A stretch of DNA of 64,000 nucleotides, from the NCBI GenBank assembly GCA_041690355.1, contig JAWLHK010000003.1, positions 109,428 to 173,427 on the forward strand, given 5' to 3'. Positions within the stretch are counted from its first letter, which is position 1, and the number at the start of each line of letters is the position of its first letter. This document shows, piece after piece, positions 1 to 9,663 of the stretch. The position numbers and the translations under genes are program-made. The notes below the pieces were generated by a model. It ran no database searches and was not told where the DNA came from. It saw only the letters and a program-made list of their open reading frames with translations. The stretch is from a bacterium (GTDB taxonomy: Bacteria; J088; JAWLBW01).

Positions 1-14
1 CAACAGAGTAAAGC

Positions 15-908
15 ATGAATCTGCCGCAGCCTTTGAGAATAGCAGGCCAGGCTTTCAAGGACTGGCGTGAAGACCAGGCCTCGCGTCTGGGGGCCGCCCT
101 GGCCTACTACGCCGTCTTTTCGCTGGCGCCGATGCTCATCATCGCCATCGGCGTCGCCGGGCTGATCTTCGGCGAGCGCGCCGCCCAGGGCGAACTCATG
201 GCGCAGCTCGAGGGAAACCTGGGGCCTGAGGCGGCCTCGGCTCTCGAGACCATGATCGCGAGCGCCGGGCAAGGGGGCAGCGGGCTGGTGGCCACCCTCG
301 TCGGCATCGGCATGCTGCTCTTCGGCGCATCGGGGCTGTTCGCCCAGCTTCAGGGGGCCATGAATACGATCTGGGAGGTGGGCCCGGCAGGCGGCGGCGC
401 GAAACGCTTCGTAAAGAAGCGCCTGACCTCGATGGGCATCGTTCTGTTCATCGGGCTGCTCCTGCTTGCCTTTCTCGCCTTGAGCGCCGCCCTGTCAGCC
501 ATGTCGGACCTCGTCGATCCGCCCCTGCCCGGCGGCGTCGGCTTGTGGCAGATCGTCAATCAGGTCGCATCGTTCGCAATCATGACGGCCCTCTTCGCCG
601 TGCTCTTCAAAGTGCTTCCCGACGCGCGGGTGCACTGGCGCGACGTCTGGATCGGCGCCGCGGTAACGGCGGTCCTGTTCGTGATCGGCAAGTTCCTGCT
701 CGGGCTCTACCTGGGCCGCAGCAGCATGTCGAGCGCCTACGGGGCCGCCGGATCACTGGTCGTACTGCTCGTCTGGATCTACTATTCGGCGCAGATCTTC
801 TTCTACGGCGCAGAGTATACGCAGGCGTGGGCGCGCCGGCACGGCGAAGCGATTCAGCCGCAGGAAGGGGCCGTGCACATCGAAACCGTCCGCCGCAAGG
901 CCGCTTGA
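15..908 (+). CDS. YihY/BrkB-family integral membrane protein
   Basis: 297-aa ORF with ATG at 15. N-terminal 'WREDQASRLGAALAYYAVFSLAPMLI' signature and about six hydrophobic helices, typical of the YihY family. Confidence 0.8.
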   Translation: MNLPQPLRIAGQAFKDWREDQASRLGAALAYYAVFSLAPMLIIAIGVAGLIFGERAAQGELMAQLEGNLGPEAASALETMIASAGQGGSGLVATLVGIGMLLFGASGLFAQLQGAMNTIWEVGPAGGGAKRFVKKRLTSMGIVLFIGLLLLAFLALSAALSAMSDLVDPPLPGGVGLWQIVNQVASFAIMTALFAVLFKVLPDARVHWRDVWIGAAVTAVLFVIGKFLLGLYLGRSSMSSAYGAAGSLVVLLVWIYYSAQIFFYGAEYTQAWARRHGEAIQPQEGAVHIETVRRKAA

Positions 909-912
909 GGGC

Positions 913-1626
913 TCAGCGGATCCGATCGAGAAAGGCGCGGATGCGGGCCGCGTTCTTGCCCAGATCACTCTGGCCGACCCGCGACTTCGAGCGCACGTCG
1001 ATGCGCGTGCCCCCGTCGGCGACCTGGAGCCGCACGACGATGTCGTCCCGGAAGCCGAAGAACAAGGTCGTATCCGTGGCCTCGAACCGCCCCGGAGCGT
1101 CCCTTTCGGCCGCAACGGCCGACACGACCTCCCAGCCCAGGTCGGCGGCCGCCGCGCGAACCCGGCGCATGGCACCCTCGGGAGAAAGCGGCAGAACGAC
1201 GGGGCGCAGATCGGGATAGGCCGCGCGCTGCAGGGCCGCCACCTCGGCGCCGGCCCAGGTAACCGGATTGGGCGCCGACGCGCGCAGCGCCGCGATGTCG
1301 ACGAAGGCGGGCGGGTCTTCGAGGTCGGTGCTGATGTCATGGATGCGCGGCACCGACCCTGCGGTGTGTTTGAGCTGCAGGAGATAGCCCGCCAGCCCCG
1401 CACCAACGGCGACGGCAAGAATTGCAGGCGCCCGCCTCCCGCGGCGAAGGACGAGCGAGACCAGGCCGAGCGCGGCACCCACCGCCGCGACGACGAACAC
1501 GCCGCCGAGCAGGTTAAAGGCCGTGCGGAAATGCCACCAGCCGAACCGGCTCCCCCAGGCGGCCAACAAGCCTGTCGCCACAGCGGCAAGGGTGAGCGCA
1601 AGCGACATCGCCGAGAGCCGTTTCAT
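913..1626 (-). CDS. DUF1499-family membrane protein
   Basis: 237 aa. TM helices followed by the DUF1499-like core 'IHDISTDLEDPPAF..YPDLRP..RSKSRVGQSDLGKNAARIRAFLDRI'. ATG at 1626 overlaps the stop of the upstream paralogue (ATGA). Confidence 0.7.
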   Translation of the reverse strand: MKRLSAMSLALTLAAVATGLLAAWGSRFGWWHFRTAFNLLGGVFVVAAVGAALGLVSLVLRRGRRAPAILAVAVGAGLAGYLLQLKHTAGSVPRIHDISTDLEDPPAFVDIAALRASAPNPVTWAGAEVAALQRAAYPDLRPVVLPLSPEGAMRRVRAAAADLGWEVVSAVAAERDAPGRFEATDTTLFFGFRDDIVVRLQVADGGTRIDVRSKSRVGQSDLGKNAARIRAFLDRIR

Positions 1627-2120
1627 GGTTCACCGATGCGACGGCGCAGTTCGTCAAGGTACAACAGGATACGTTTCGCGTTCGCCCCCAGATCGCTTTT
1701 CCCGACCCGGCTCTTCGAGCGCACGTCGACGCGGCTCCCCTCGCCTTCGCTGCGGACGCGCACGACCACGTCGTCCTTGAAGCGGAACAAACGGGTCGTG
1801 GCCACCGCCTCGATGCGCCCCTCGGCCTCGACCGCGGCCACAATCTGCCAACCCATGGCCTCGGCAGAACGGCGGGCCGCCGGAAAAACCACCGTGGTCG
1901 CCGCGTTCAGGTAAAGCGGCTTCAGGTCGGGATAGGCCTTCTGCTGACGGGCCGCGGTTTCCGGGCCGTCATACTCCGGCGGGTTCGGTGCGTCACCGCG
2001 GGCGGCAAGGAGTGCGACGAATTGCGGCGGATGATCCACGTCGGTCGTGATGTCGTGAATCAGGGGATAACAGTTGGCAAACACCAGCAGCCCCGGTAAG
2101 AGGTAGAGGATACGTTTCAT
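1623..2120 (-). CDS. DUF1499-family protein, paralogue with signal peptide
   Basis: Start moved to ATG 2120 (MKRILYLLPGLLVFANC). Same core as the neighbour: 'IHDITTDVDHPPQF..YPDLKP..RSKSRVGKSDLGANAKRI'. The track ORF upstream to 2507 is an Arg/Pro-rich shadow. Confidence 0.7.
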   Translation of the reverse strand: MKRILYLLPGLLVFANCYPLIHDITTDVDHPPQFVALLAARGDAPNPPEYDGPETAARQQKAYPDLKPLYLNAATTVVFPAARRSAEAMGWQIVAAVEAEGRIEAVATTRLFRFKDDVVVRVRSEGEGSRVDVRSKSRVGKSDLGANAKRILLYLDELRRRIGEP

Positions 2121-2250
2121 CGGCACTCCAGGCATTGATTGTACTCCGGCGGCGCGACGCCGCCCATCCGGATGACCTCTTTCGACCGGTCGGGGGGCGT
2201 GGTATCGTATGACATTCCGTTGGAGCCGGTCTCCGGCCAGGGGGTTTACG

Positions 2251-4416
2251 ATGCGACGGCAGCGGTGGTTCGGCATTGCAGTTCTGGCAGGGGCGATGGC
2301 CGCGTGCGACCCGACGCCGCCGGCCGAAGTCGATACGACTTTCGGAGCCCGGGGGCACGTCTGCGCCCCGTCGGAGTTTGCCTTCGACGGCGCGACCAGG
2401 GTGCCGCGCTTTGCGCGCGCCGGTGACTGCGGGCGGTTCGCCGCCTTTCTCGCCGAACACACGGTGGAACGTCTGCTGCGCAACACGGTTGGTTTCGGAG
2501 AGCCCACCTTCGGGGGCGACCGGGGCGCGGTCGAGGATTCGGCCGGGGGACCGGCAGAAGGCTCTGCGGATCAGCCCGACCGCTTCACGGGGACGAACGT
2601 CCAGGAGGTCGGCATCGACGAACCCGACACCGTCAAGACGAGCGGTGACGTCACGTTCGCCATCGCAGGCGGGCGGGTCGAAGTACTGCGCACCTGGCCG
2701 CCCGAACAGGCGGCGCGCCTGGCGACGCTCGGCGACGACTCCGGCGCCGACGGCTGGCCCATGGCCCTCATGCTGCACGGCGATCGACTGGCGGTCATCG
2801 GCCAGGCGCCGTGGGAATACGCCGTGGTCGACGACGGCGCGACCGTCGACGTGGAGATCGGCGGCAGCTCCGGAGGCGATGGTGTCGTGGCCATGACCAC
2901 GTTGATCGCCCCCCGCCCGTTTGCGCCGGCAACCCGCATCCGACTGTACGATGTGTCGGATCCTGCGCACCCGCTCCCCGTGCGCACCGTGGATCTGGAA
3001 GTCTGGTATCAGGACGCGCGGCTCATCGAGGGGCGGCTGATCGTCACCGGCGGGCGCCACCTCGGGCTTCCCGACGTCATGGCCCCCTTGACGCCCGCTT
3101 TCGAGGATGCGGCGGGCACCCCGTCGGCCGCCGAAGTCGAGCGGTTGCGCACCGCCGTGTACGAGGCGGTCGCCGCAACGCGCTATCGTGACTGGCTTCC
3201 GCTCATGCGCGACAGTCTGACCGGCGAAGAAGCCTTGATGGTCGAGCGCCCCGAAGGGCTCTGGCTGCCGAACGTGCCCGGCACCGGCGGGGTCTTCGGT
3301 ATCGTCTCGATCTCGCTCGAAGAAGATGACGAGCCGCTGCGCTCAGGCCTGCTGCTGGCCGACGGCGGCGTACTCTACGCGCGTGGGCGTTCCCTGTACT
3401 CCGCCTACACAAACCGGCAATGGTGGTGGGGTGCGGCTGCCGAACCGGCCGTATGGGATATGGGGAATCCGGACGCCGGCTGGGAGACCACCATCCAGAA
3501 ATTCACGCTCGACGACCATGGGCGTCCCGACTACGCGGGCGCCGGCACCGCACCCGGATGGATTTCGTCACCCTTTCAGATGAGCGAGCACGAAGGATAC
3601 CTCCGCGTCGCCCTCACCGACGCCGCAGCAAACCACCTCGTCGTGCTGGGCCCCCGCGAGAACGGCGATCTCGCAACCGCCGGAGCCGTCTACGGGTTCG
3701 CGCCGGACGAGACGATTTTCAGCAGCCGGTTTCTCGGCGACCGCGGCTTCGTCTCTACCTACCATCAGGCGCTGCTCTTCGACCCATTCTTCACGTTCGA
3801 CCTCTCCGATCCGCAACGGCCCCGGTTGGTGGGCGAACTTGAGATGCCCGGCTATACGGACTACCTGCATCCCGTGGCCGCCGACCACCTGCTCGGCGTC
3901 GGCATGGACGCGCCGGCGATGGGCGAGCCGGTGACGGCGGTCAACCTCCAGATCTACGACGTAACCGACCTCGCGGCGCCGGTCACGACGGCCGAGGCCG
4001 TGATCGGCGTCGAGAACGGCATGACGCTGAGCGCAGTTCAGGGATCTCACCATGCATTCACCTTCGACGCGGATCTGGGGGTCTTCGCGTTTCCCGTCTA
4101 CGGGTGGAGCGCAGACTGGAGCCGCGAAGAACAGTGGCTCTACGTTTATGCGGTCGCGCCCCCGGACGTTCTCGAGCCGCGCGGTCGCATCGGTCACGCC
4201 GCGCTTGGCGATGCATGGTATGCGGCGATCGAGCGCAGCATCATCATGCAGGGCGACGGCGAAGCGTGGATCTACGCCTTCTCTCCGGCGGGCATGACGG
4301 TTCACGCACTCGCGGATCCCGGCTCCCCGCTCGTCACCATCGTCTATCCAAGCTGGATGCCGGGCGCCGGCGAGACGAAGCCCGGGAGCGACGCCGGCGC
4401 GGCCGGCCCGAACTGA
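2251..4416 (+). CDS. Secreted lipoprotein with C-terminal beta-propeller domain (COG4880-type)
   Basis: ATG 2251 gives MRRQRWFGIAVLAGAMAAC (lipobox). The C-terminal 'YHQALLFDPFFTFDLSDPQRPRLVGELEMPGYTDYLHP' matches the characteristic motif of this family. Confidence 0.7.
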   Translation: MRRQRWFGIAVLAGAMAACDPTPPAEVDTTFGARGHVCAPSEFAFDGATRVPRFARAGDCGRFAAFLAEHTVERLLRNTVGFGEPTFGGDRGAVEDSAGGPAEGSADQPDRFTGTNVQEVGIDEPDTVKTSGDVTFAIAGGRVEVLRTWPPEQAARLATLGDDSGADGWPMALMLHGDRLAVIGQAPWEYAVVDDGATVDVEIGGSSGGDGVVAMTTLIAPRPFAPATRIRLYDVSDPAHPLPVRTVDLEVWYQDARLIEGRLIVTGGRHLGLPDVMAPLTPAFEDAAGTPSAAEVERLRTAVYEAVAATRYRDWLPLMRDSLTGEEALMVERPEGLWLPNVPGTGGVFGIVSISLEEDDEPLRSGLLLADGGVLYARGRSLYSAYTNRQWWWGAAAEPAVWDMGNPDAGWETTIQKFTLDDHGRPDYAGAGTAPGWISSPFQMSEHEGYLRVALTDAAANHLVVLGPRENGDLATAGAVYGFAPDETIFSSRFLGDRGFVSTYHQALLFDPFFTFDLSDPQRPRLVGELEMPGYTDYLHPVAADHLLGVGMDAPAMGEPVTAVNLQIYDVTDLAAPVTTAEAVIGVENGMTLSAVQGSHHAFTFDADLGVFAFPVYGWSADWSREEQWLYVYAVAPPDVLEPRGRIGHAALGDAWYAAIERSIIMQGDGEAWIYAFSPAGMTVHALADPGSPLVTIVYPSWMPGAGETKPGSDAGAAGPN

Positions 4417-4433
4417 GCGCAGGCCAGGACAGC

Positions 4434-5336
4434 TCAGGCGCCGCGCCGCCAGCGGCGGAACAGCCCACCCTCGCTGAGAAAAGCGCGAATCGTCGCGCCG
4501 ATGTCCTCGGCGTGCGTCAACGTCGGCACGTGCGCCGCTCCGGGGATGACGGCCAGGCGCCCGCGCGGCAGCAGACCGGCAATCTCTTCGGCCCAGGCCT
4601 CGGTCACGACCGGATCACGGGCGCCGCGCAGCACGAGGGTCGCCTGACAGACGTCAGGAAGCCGCTCGTCGATGGGGGTCATGGCGGCGTCGCGCAGGAG
4701 CGTGCGCCGTGAGGGCCGGAGCCGTGTCTGCAGCGAGTCGAGCATCAGGCGCATGGCCGTCGACGACGGCTCGCGCACCGAGTCGCTCACCCAGCGCCCC
4801 AACTTGCGCAGGCCCGAGTCTTCGGTCTGCGCAGAAAGGCCCTGCAGCACGAGCCGTTGGACCCGGTTCGGCTTCTCGACGGCGAGTTCGACCGCCACGC
4901 AGCACCCATGGCCGGTGGCGAAGAAGGCGGTTTTTTCGAGCGAAAGGGCCTCCATCCACTGGTCGAGCGCGTCGGCAAGCTCTTCGGTATCGAGCGGCGT
5001 TCCGAACCGGCGGCTGCGACCGAAGCCCGGCAGCTCGGGAATCCAGACGCGGTAGTCTCGCGCCAGCACCCGGCCGAGCGGCAGGAGATACCGGCCGGCG
5101 TCGAGAAGACCGTGCAGAAGGATGACCGTTGGCCGGCTGCGCACCGCCTCGCCGCCCCGCCAGGCATGAATCCGGTAGCCGCCCGCCTGCACCCAGATGC
5201 TCTCGAGCTCGACGGGGGCAGGCGGGCCCGCCTCGGCGCCACCGGCCCGGCGCGCGCCGGGTCTGTCGGCAGTGTCGCCCCGCGCGGGGGGATCGCCGGC
5301 GGCCGGGCGCACATCGTTGTTCCGCGACGCATCCAT
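4434..5336 (-). CDS. Alpha/beta-fold hydrolase
   Basis: 300 aa. 'TVILLHGLLDAGRYLLPLG..DYRVWIPELPGFGRS' and nucleophile-elbow context 'FFATGHGCCVA'. Confidence 0.75.
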   Translation of the reverse strand: MDASRNNDVRPAAGDPPARGDTADRPGARRAGGAEAGPPAPVELESIWVQAGGYRIHAWRGGEAVRSRPTVILLHGLLDAGRYLLPLGRVLARDYRVWIPELPGFGRSRRFGTPLDTEELADALDQWMEALSLEKTAFFATGHGCCVAVELAVEKPNRVQRLVLQGLSAQTEDSGLRKLGRWVSDSVREPSSTAMRLMLDSLQTRLRPSRRTLLRDAAMTPIDERLPDVCQATLVLRGARDPVVTEAWAEEIAGLLPRGRLAVIPGAAHVPTLTHAEDIGATIRAFLSEGGLFRRWRRGA

Positions 5337-5387
5337 GCCGCACCATCCTGAACGCGAAGCATGAGCGACGCAAGGGGAGCCGCCCGT

Positions 5388-6959
5388 TCAGTGGCCCCAG
5401 CGTGCCCCGCCGATCGGCGCGGCGGGCGGATGCAGGCTCGCAACCCAGGGCTTGAGAAATTCGGGGCGCTCCTTGCGAACCTGCCAGCGGTCCCAATCCC
5501 GCAGCAGGCGCTCGGCCGCAACTTCCTCGGGGATATCGAGGACGCCGTGCAGAAAACCGAAGACGAGCCGGTACTGGCGGGCCAGCGCGATTTCGTGCGT
5601 CTGGGCGGTCTCCTTCCACACCCAGTCGGAGAAGGCCAGAAAGTTCCCGAAGGGGCTCCCGGCTTTGCCCGCCGGCCCCTCACCCGCGACGACCGGCTCC
5701 ATCAGCGCCTGCATCGATTCGACGAAGTTCCCCTTGTTGTAGAAGAGATCGAAGTAACGTGCGAAGCGCTTGAGCCGCTGCAGCAACGGAAAAGGGAGCG
5801 TCTTCGACGCCAGGATCTCGTAGGGCGGATACGGGCTGTAGCGCATCTCCCACACTTCGCTGTGGCGCTCGATGGGGGTGCCGCGCAGGCGCTTGAGGAT
5901 ACCCACCTGAATTTCGCCGGGGCGCATGCGGTACAGCCGATCGAAGGAATCGGCCATCGACTCGAGGGTCTCCCCCGGCAGCCCGAGAATCAGATCCGCG
6001 TGCACGTGCACCCCGGTCTCTTCGCGCAGAAAGCGCAGGTTCTCTTCCATGCGCGCGACGTTCTGGCGCCGTGAAATCCGGTGGCTGACCTCGTCGGTCA
6101 GCGTCTGCACGCCGACTTCGAATTGCACGGCGCCGGGCGGAAAGCGGCGGATGACGTCACGCAGCTCGGTGGGCAGCCGGTCGGGAATCATTTCGAAGTG
6201 CAGCTCGAGCCCCTCGCGGTACCGCGCCAGAAGAAACTCGAGAATGGCCAGGCTGAACTTCACATTGAGGTTGAACGTCCGGTCGACGAACTTGAGGCCG
6301 CGCGCCCCCCGGTCGAGCAGCTGCTGCAGCGAGGCCAGGAAGGAATCGAGCGGAAAAGCGCGGACCGGTATTTCAAGCGACGACAGACAGAATTCGCAGC
6401 GGAACGGGCAGCCGCGCGAGGCCTCGACGTATACGATGCGCCGGGCCAGATCCTCGTCCGTATATTCCGCGTAGGGCAGCGCGAGCGCCGACACGTCGGG
6501 GAGCTGCGCCTCGATGACCTTGGGGGGCGTGCCGCCGGCGGCCAGCTCGGCCACCAGTTCGCGAAAAGCGATATCTCCCTCACCGCGCACCAGGTGATCG
6601 CAGGCCGCGAAAATCCCGGTCTCCTCATATTCATAGGAGACCTCGGGCCCGCCGATCACGATCGTAAGGTCGGGCCGCAATACCCGCAGCGTGCGCACGA
6701 TTTCGGTGGTTTCGGCAACGTTCCAGATGTAGACGCCGAAGCCCACCAGGTCAGGCTCGTCGGCCAGAATTGCCTCGACGATTTCGCCGCGAGGCTGGTG
6801 TATTGTGAACTCCCGCAGGAGGGCGCCCTCGCGGAAGGGGCCCAGGTTCGCGCGCAGGCAGCGCAGCCCGAAACTCGCATGCGAATAGCGGGCGTTGAGG
6901 GTGACGAGCAGGATGCGCGGCGGGGTATCGTCGGGGCGTGGCAGAGTCATCCCGGTCAT
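5388..6959 (-). CDS. B12-binding-domain radical SAM protein (DUF4080-type)
   Basis: 'ILLVTLNARYSHASFGLRCL' N-terminus and radical-SAM 'ASRGCPFRCEFC' (CxxxCxxC), plus a long C-terminal extension. Start set to ATG 6959 (6950 also possible). Confidence 0.8.
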   Translation of the reverse strand: MTGMTLPRPDDTPPRILLVTLNARYSHASFGLRCLRANLGPFREGALLREFTIHQPRGEIVEAILADEPDLVGFGVYIWNVAETTEIVRTLRVLRPDLTIVIGGPEVSYEYEETGIFAACDHLVRGEGDIAFRELVAELAAGGTPPKVIEAQLPDVSALALPYAEYTDEDLARRIVYVEASRGCPFRCEFCLSSLEIPVRAFPLDSFLASLQQLLDRGARGLKFVDRTFNLNVKFSLAILEFLLARYREGLELHFEMIPDRLPTELRDVIRRFPPGAVQFEVGVQTLTDEVSHRISRRQNVARMEENLRFLREETGVHVHADLILGLPGETLESMADSFDRLYRMRPGEIQVGILKRLRGTPIERHSEVWEMRYSPYPPYEILASKTLPFPLLQRLKRFARYFDLFYNKGNFVESMQALMEPVVAGEGPAGKAGSPFGNFLAFSDWVWKETAQTHEIALARQYRLVFGFLHGVLDIPEEVAAERLLRDWDRWQVRKERPEFLKPWVASLHPPAAPIGGARWGH

Positions 6960-7059
6960 TGTAGGAGACGGACCCCGGCGTCGCCAAGCCACGGGGCAGG
7001 CCCCTGGTCGCCGGGGGGCCGTCATTGCGGCGCAGATTCACGCGCACCCAGAGTGAAAC

Positions 7060-7929
7060 ATGCCCTATGATTCGCCGACCGGAACCGCCATCCGCCGCGG
7101 GTGGCACCAGGTGCTGCGCAAAGGACACGCCTACGTCGACCCCTGCGCGCTCGATCGGTGGAATCCGAAGCTCATCCGCGCCATTACGGTCGCGCTCGAC
7201 CCCGTCTACCGGTACTACTTCCGCGCCCACGCCGAAGGGATGGAAAACATCCCCAAAGGGCCCTTCATCCTCGTCGGCGTGCACGGGGGCGGCATCCTCT
7301 CGCCCGACCTCGTGCTCATGGCCAAGGCCTTCTACGAGCACACGCAGTTCACGCGGCCGCTCTTCGGGCTCGGCCACCGCATGCTGTTCGAGGCGCCGTA
7401 CTGGAACCGGTTTCTCATGCAGCTGGGGGGCGTCGAGGGGCATCGCAAGGTCGCCCGGCGCATCCTCGAGGCCGGTCACGCCTTCATGGTCTTTCCGGGG
7501 GGCGAGTGGGACGTGACACGCCCTTGGCGGGAGCGCAACCGGGTCGATTTTGCCGGCCGCACCGGCTTCGTGCGCCTCGCCGTCGAAACGGGGGTTCCGC
7601 TCCTGCCGGTCGGCGCCGTGGGGGGCCAGGGCACGTGGGTCGTCCTGAGCCGCGGCCGCCCGATCGCGCGACGCATCGGCCTCGAGAAGCTGTTCGGCGT
7701 GCACAATTTTCCCATCGTCGTCAGCCTGCCGTGGGGGCTATCGCTCGGCTACCTTCCGTTCCTCCCCCTGCCCGCGCGGCTCGGCGTCAAGTTCGGCACG
7801 CCCCTCTTCACCGAGCAGGGGCCCGAGGCGGCGGCCGACCGGGCCTACCTCGCCTGGGAGCGCGATCGTGCGCAGAAGGCCGTCGCGGATCTGGTCACCG
7901 ACCTGGCCGGCTGCCGCGGGCAGGGCTGA
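7060..7929 (+). CDS. Lysophospholipid/glycerolipid acyltransferase-family protein (PlsC-like)
   Basis: 289 aa. 'FILVGVHGGGILSPD' (H-box region) and 'FMVFPGGEWD' (FPEG-like box). Confidence 0.65.
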   Translation: MPYDSPTGTAIRRGWHQVLRKGHAYVDPCALDRWNPKLIRAITVALDPVYRYYFRAHAEGMENIPKGPFILVGVHGGGILSPDLVLMAKAFYEHTQFTRPLFGLGHRMLFEAPYWNRFLMQLGGVEGHRKVARRILEAGHAFMVFPGGEWDVTRPWRERNRVDFAGRTGFVRLAVETGVPLLPVGAVGGQGTWVVLSRGRPIARRIGLEKLFGVHNFPIVVSLPWGLSLGYLPFLPLPARLGVKFGTPLFTEQGPEAAADRAYLAWERDRAQKAVADLVTDLAGCRGQG

Positions 7930-7941
7930 CGCGCGCGGAAC

Positions 7942-8337
7942 TCAGATCAAGCCGTGAAACTTCATGATCTGGTCGCGTTCGGCCTCCCACTTCTCGCCGA
8001 AGGCGTCGACGCACATGGGGCAGCACTGATTGAAGACGAGCGTCTTCCCGCGAAAGGCCGCGATGGGTCCCTCGTAGCGCACGCGGCTCTGGTATTGCCC
8101 GAGCAGCTCGGTGCCGATCGGCGATCGGCTGTAGGCGCAGATGGTATTGTTGACCATCACGGTGTCACCCTGCACCTCGTACCGGGCCATCTCGGCCGGT
8201 TCTCCGACGTCGCGCACGGGGGCCGCGCTCCCGGCACGCAGCGCAGATGCCGAAGGGGCGGGCGCTGGATTGCAGGCGGCGAGCCCGAACAAGCCGGGCA
8301 TCAGCATGAGGGCCATGGTTTTCACAATCGATGCCAT
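7942..8337 (-). CDS. Small lipoprotein with Cys-rich C-terminus (YHS/TRASH-like pattern)
   Basis: ATG 8337 preceded by AAGGA. MASIVKTMALMLMPGLFGLAAC lipobox; C-terminal 'RYEGPIAAFRGKTLVFNQCCPMCVDAF'. Confidence 0.5.
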   Translation of the reverse strand: MASIVKTMALMLMPGLFGLAACNPAPAPSASALRAGSAAPVRDVGEPAEMARYEVQGDTVMVNNTICAYSRSPIGTELLGQYQSRVRYEGPIAAFRGKTLVFNQCCPMCVDAFGEKWEAERDQIMKFHGLI

Positions 8338-8439
8338 GATTCCTTTGTACCAGATTCCCGGGGGCTCCTGCAGCAGGCGGCGGCGCCCGTTCGCGGCTGC
8401 GGAATGTGCTACCCTGTTGTTTCCCGCCGGAGTTGCCCC

Positions 8440-8814
8440 ATGGAGACCACTGTTTCGGTTTTCGATGCCGTCGGCGGCGCCGAGACCTTTCGCCGCCTCG
8501 TCGACGCCTTTTACCGCCGCGTGGAGCAGGATGCGCGCATCCGCCACCTGTTTCCCCCCGATCTGGAACCGGGCAAGGAGCACCAGGCTCTCTTTCTCAT
8601 GCAGTACTTCGGGGGACCGACGTTCTATACGGACCAGCGCGGACATCCGCGGCTGCGCATGCGCCACTTTCCCTACGCCATCGGTCAGGTCGAACGCGAC
8701 GCCTGGGTCGGCGACATGCTCGAGGCCATCGACGAGGTCGGCATCGCCGAACCGATGCGCGCGAAGATGCGCCAGTACTTCGAGATGGCCGGCACGGCCA
8801 TGATGAACCGCTAG
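8440..8814 (+). CDS. glbO: Group II truncated haemoglobin (trHbO)
   Basis: ATG 8440. 'FDAVGGAETFRRLVDAFYRRVEQD..LFLMQYFGGPTFYTDQRGHPRLRMRHFPYAIG..RDAWV' is the canonical 2/2 globin pattern. Confidence 0.85.
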   Translation: METTVSVFDAVGGAETFRRLVDAFYRRVEQDARIRHLFPPDLEPGKEHQALFLMQYFGGPTFYTDQRGHPRLRMRHFPYAIGQVERDAWVGDMLEAIDEVGIAEPMRAKMRQYFEMAGTAMMNR

Positions 8815-8823
8815 GTTTCGCCC

Positions 8824-9660
8824 TCAGTCCGCGGGAACCAGGGCCCGCAGCAGGCGCACGTCGTCGGTCTGAATCCCCGCCGGGCGCAGCGCAAACGCCG
8901 CGTCGGCTTCGGCCAGTGTCGTCACGTCGTAAACATAGAGCAGCAGGCCCGCCTCGCGGACGGCCGCCGCACCGCGTGGGGTGACGTGCGAAAGCGGAAG
9001 CAGCACCCCATCCGCTCCCGCGCGCAGGGCATCGTCGCGCACGTCGGCCACCGTCTGCCCGCGCAGAATCCGCTGCGCCGATTCTCCGCCGGCACTCATC
9101 CGGTTCAGCAGGCCCGCCTGCGCGCTCTGTACCGCGACGGGTATCCGCGCCGGTCTGCGCGTGAGTTCTTCGGCGAGGGACTCGGCGGTGACCCGGGTCC
9201 AGTCGTCGGGCCCGCACCAGGGATAATACTTCACGTCGAGAAAGAACCGCGGCGGCCGGGGGGCATCCGCATACAGCGCCAGCACTTCGGCCAGGCTCAG
9301 AAGTTTTTCGGGGCCGCCGATGGCCAGCAGCTCGGTCCGATGCCGGCATTTCGCCAGCTGCGCCGCGGTCATTTCGCCGATGCAGCCGCGACAGTCGGTG
9401 CCGGTCTCCAGTTCGGAGTCGTGATAGAGAAAGAAAACGCCGTCGGCGCTGCGCTGGATGTCGACCTCGACGCCGTCGGCCGCCTGCCCTTCGACGGCCC
9501 AACGGATGGCCGGGAGGGAATTGGGGGGAAGGCGAACCTCCGGGCCGTTCAACCCGGCGCCCGCGTGGCCGATGACCTCCACCGGTGCTGCGGCACCGCT
9601 GGAGCATCCCGACGCGCCGATGAACAAAGCGAGGGTGTGCCGGATGAGCGCCCGACGCAT
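8824..9660 (-). CDS. Glycerophosphodiester phosphodiesterase-family protein (exported)
   Basis: 278 aa with signal peptide. 'IGHAGAG..PPNSLPAI..GVEVDIQRSADGVFFLYHDSEL' GDPD motifs. Confidence 0.8.
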   Translation of the reverse strand: MRRALIRHTLALFIGASGCSSGAAAPVEVIGHAGAGLNGPEVRLPPNSLPAIRWAVEGQAADGVEVDIQRSADGVFFLYHDSELETGTDCRGCIGEMTAAQLAKCRHRTELLAIGGPEKLLSLAEVLALYADAPRPPRFFLDVKYYPWCGPDDWTRVTAESLAEELTRRPARIPVAVQSAQAGLLNRMSAGGESAQRILRGQTVADVRDDALRAGADGVLLPLSHVTPRGAAAVREAGLLLYVYDVTTLAEADAAFALRPAGIQTDDVRLLRALVPAD

Positions 9661-9663
9661 GAT

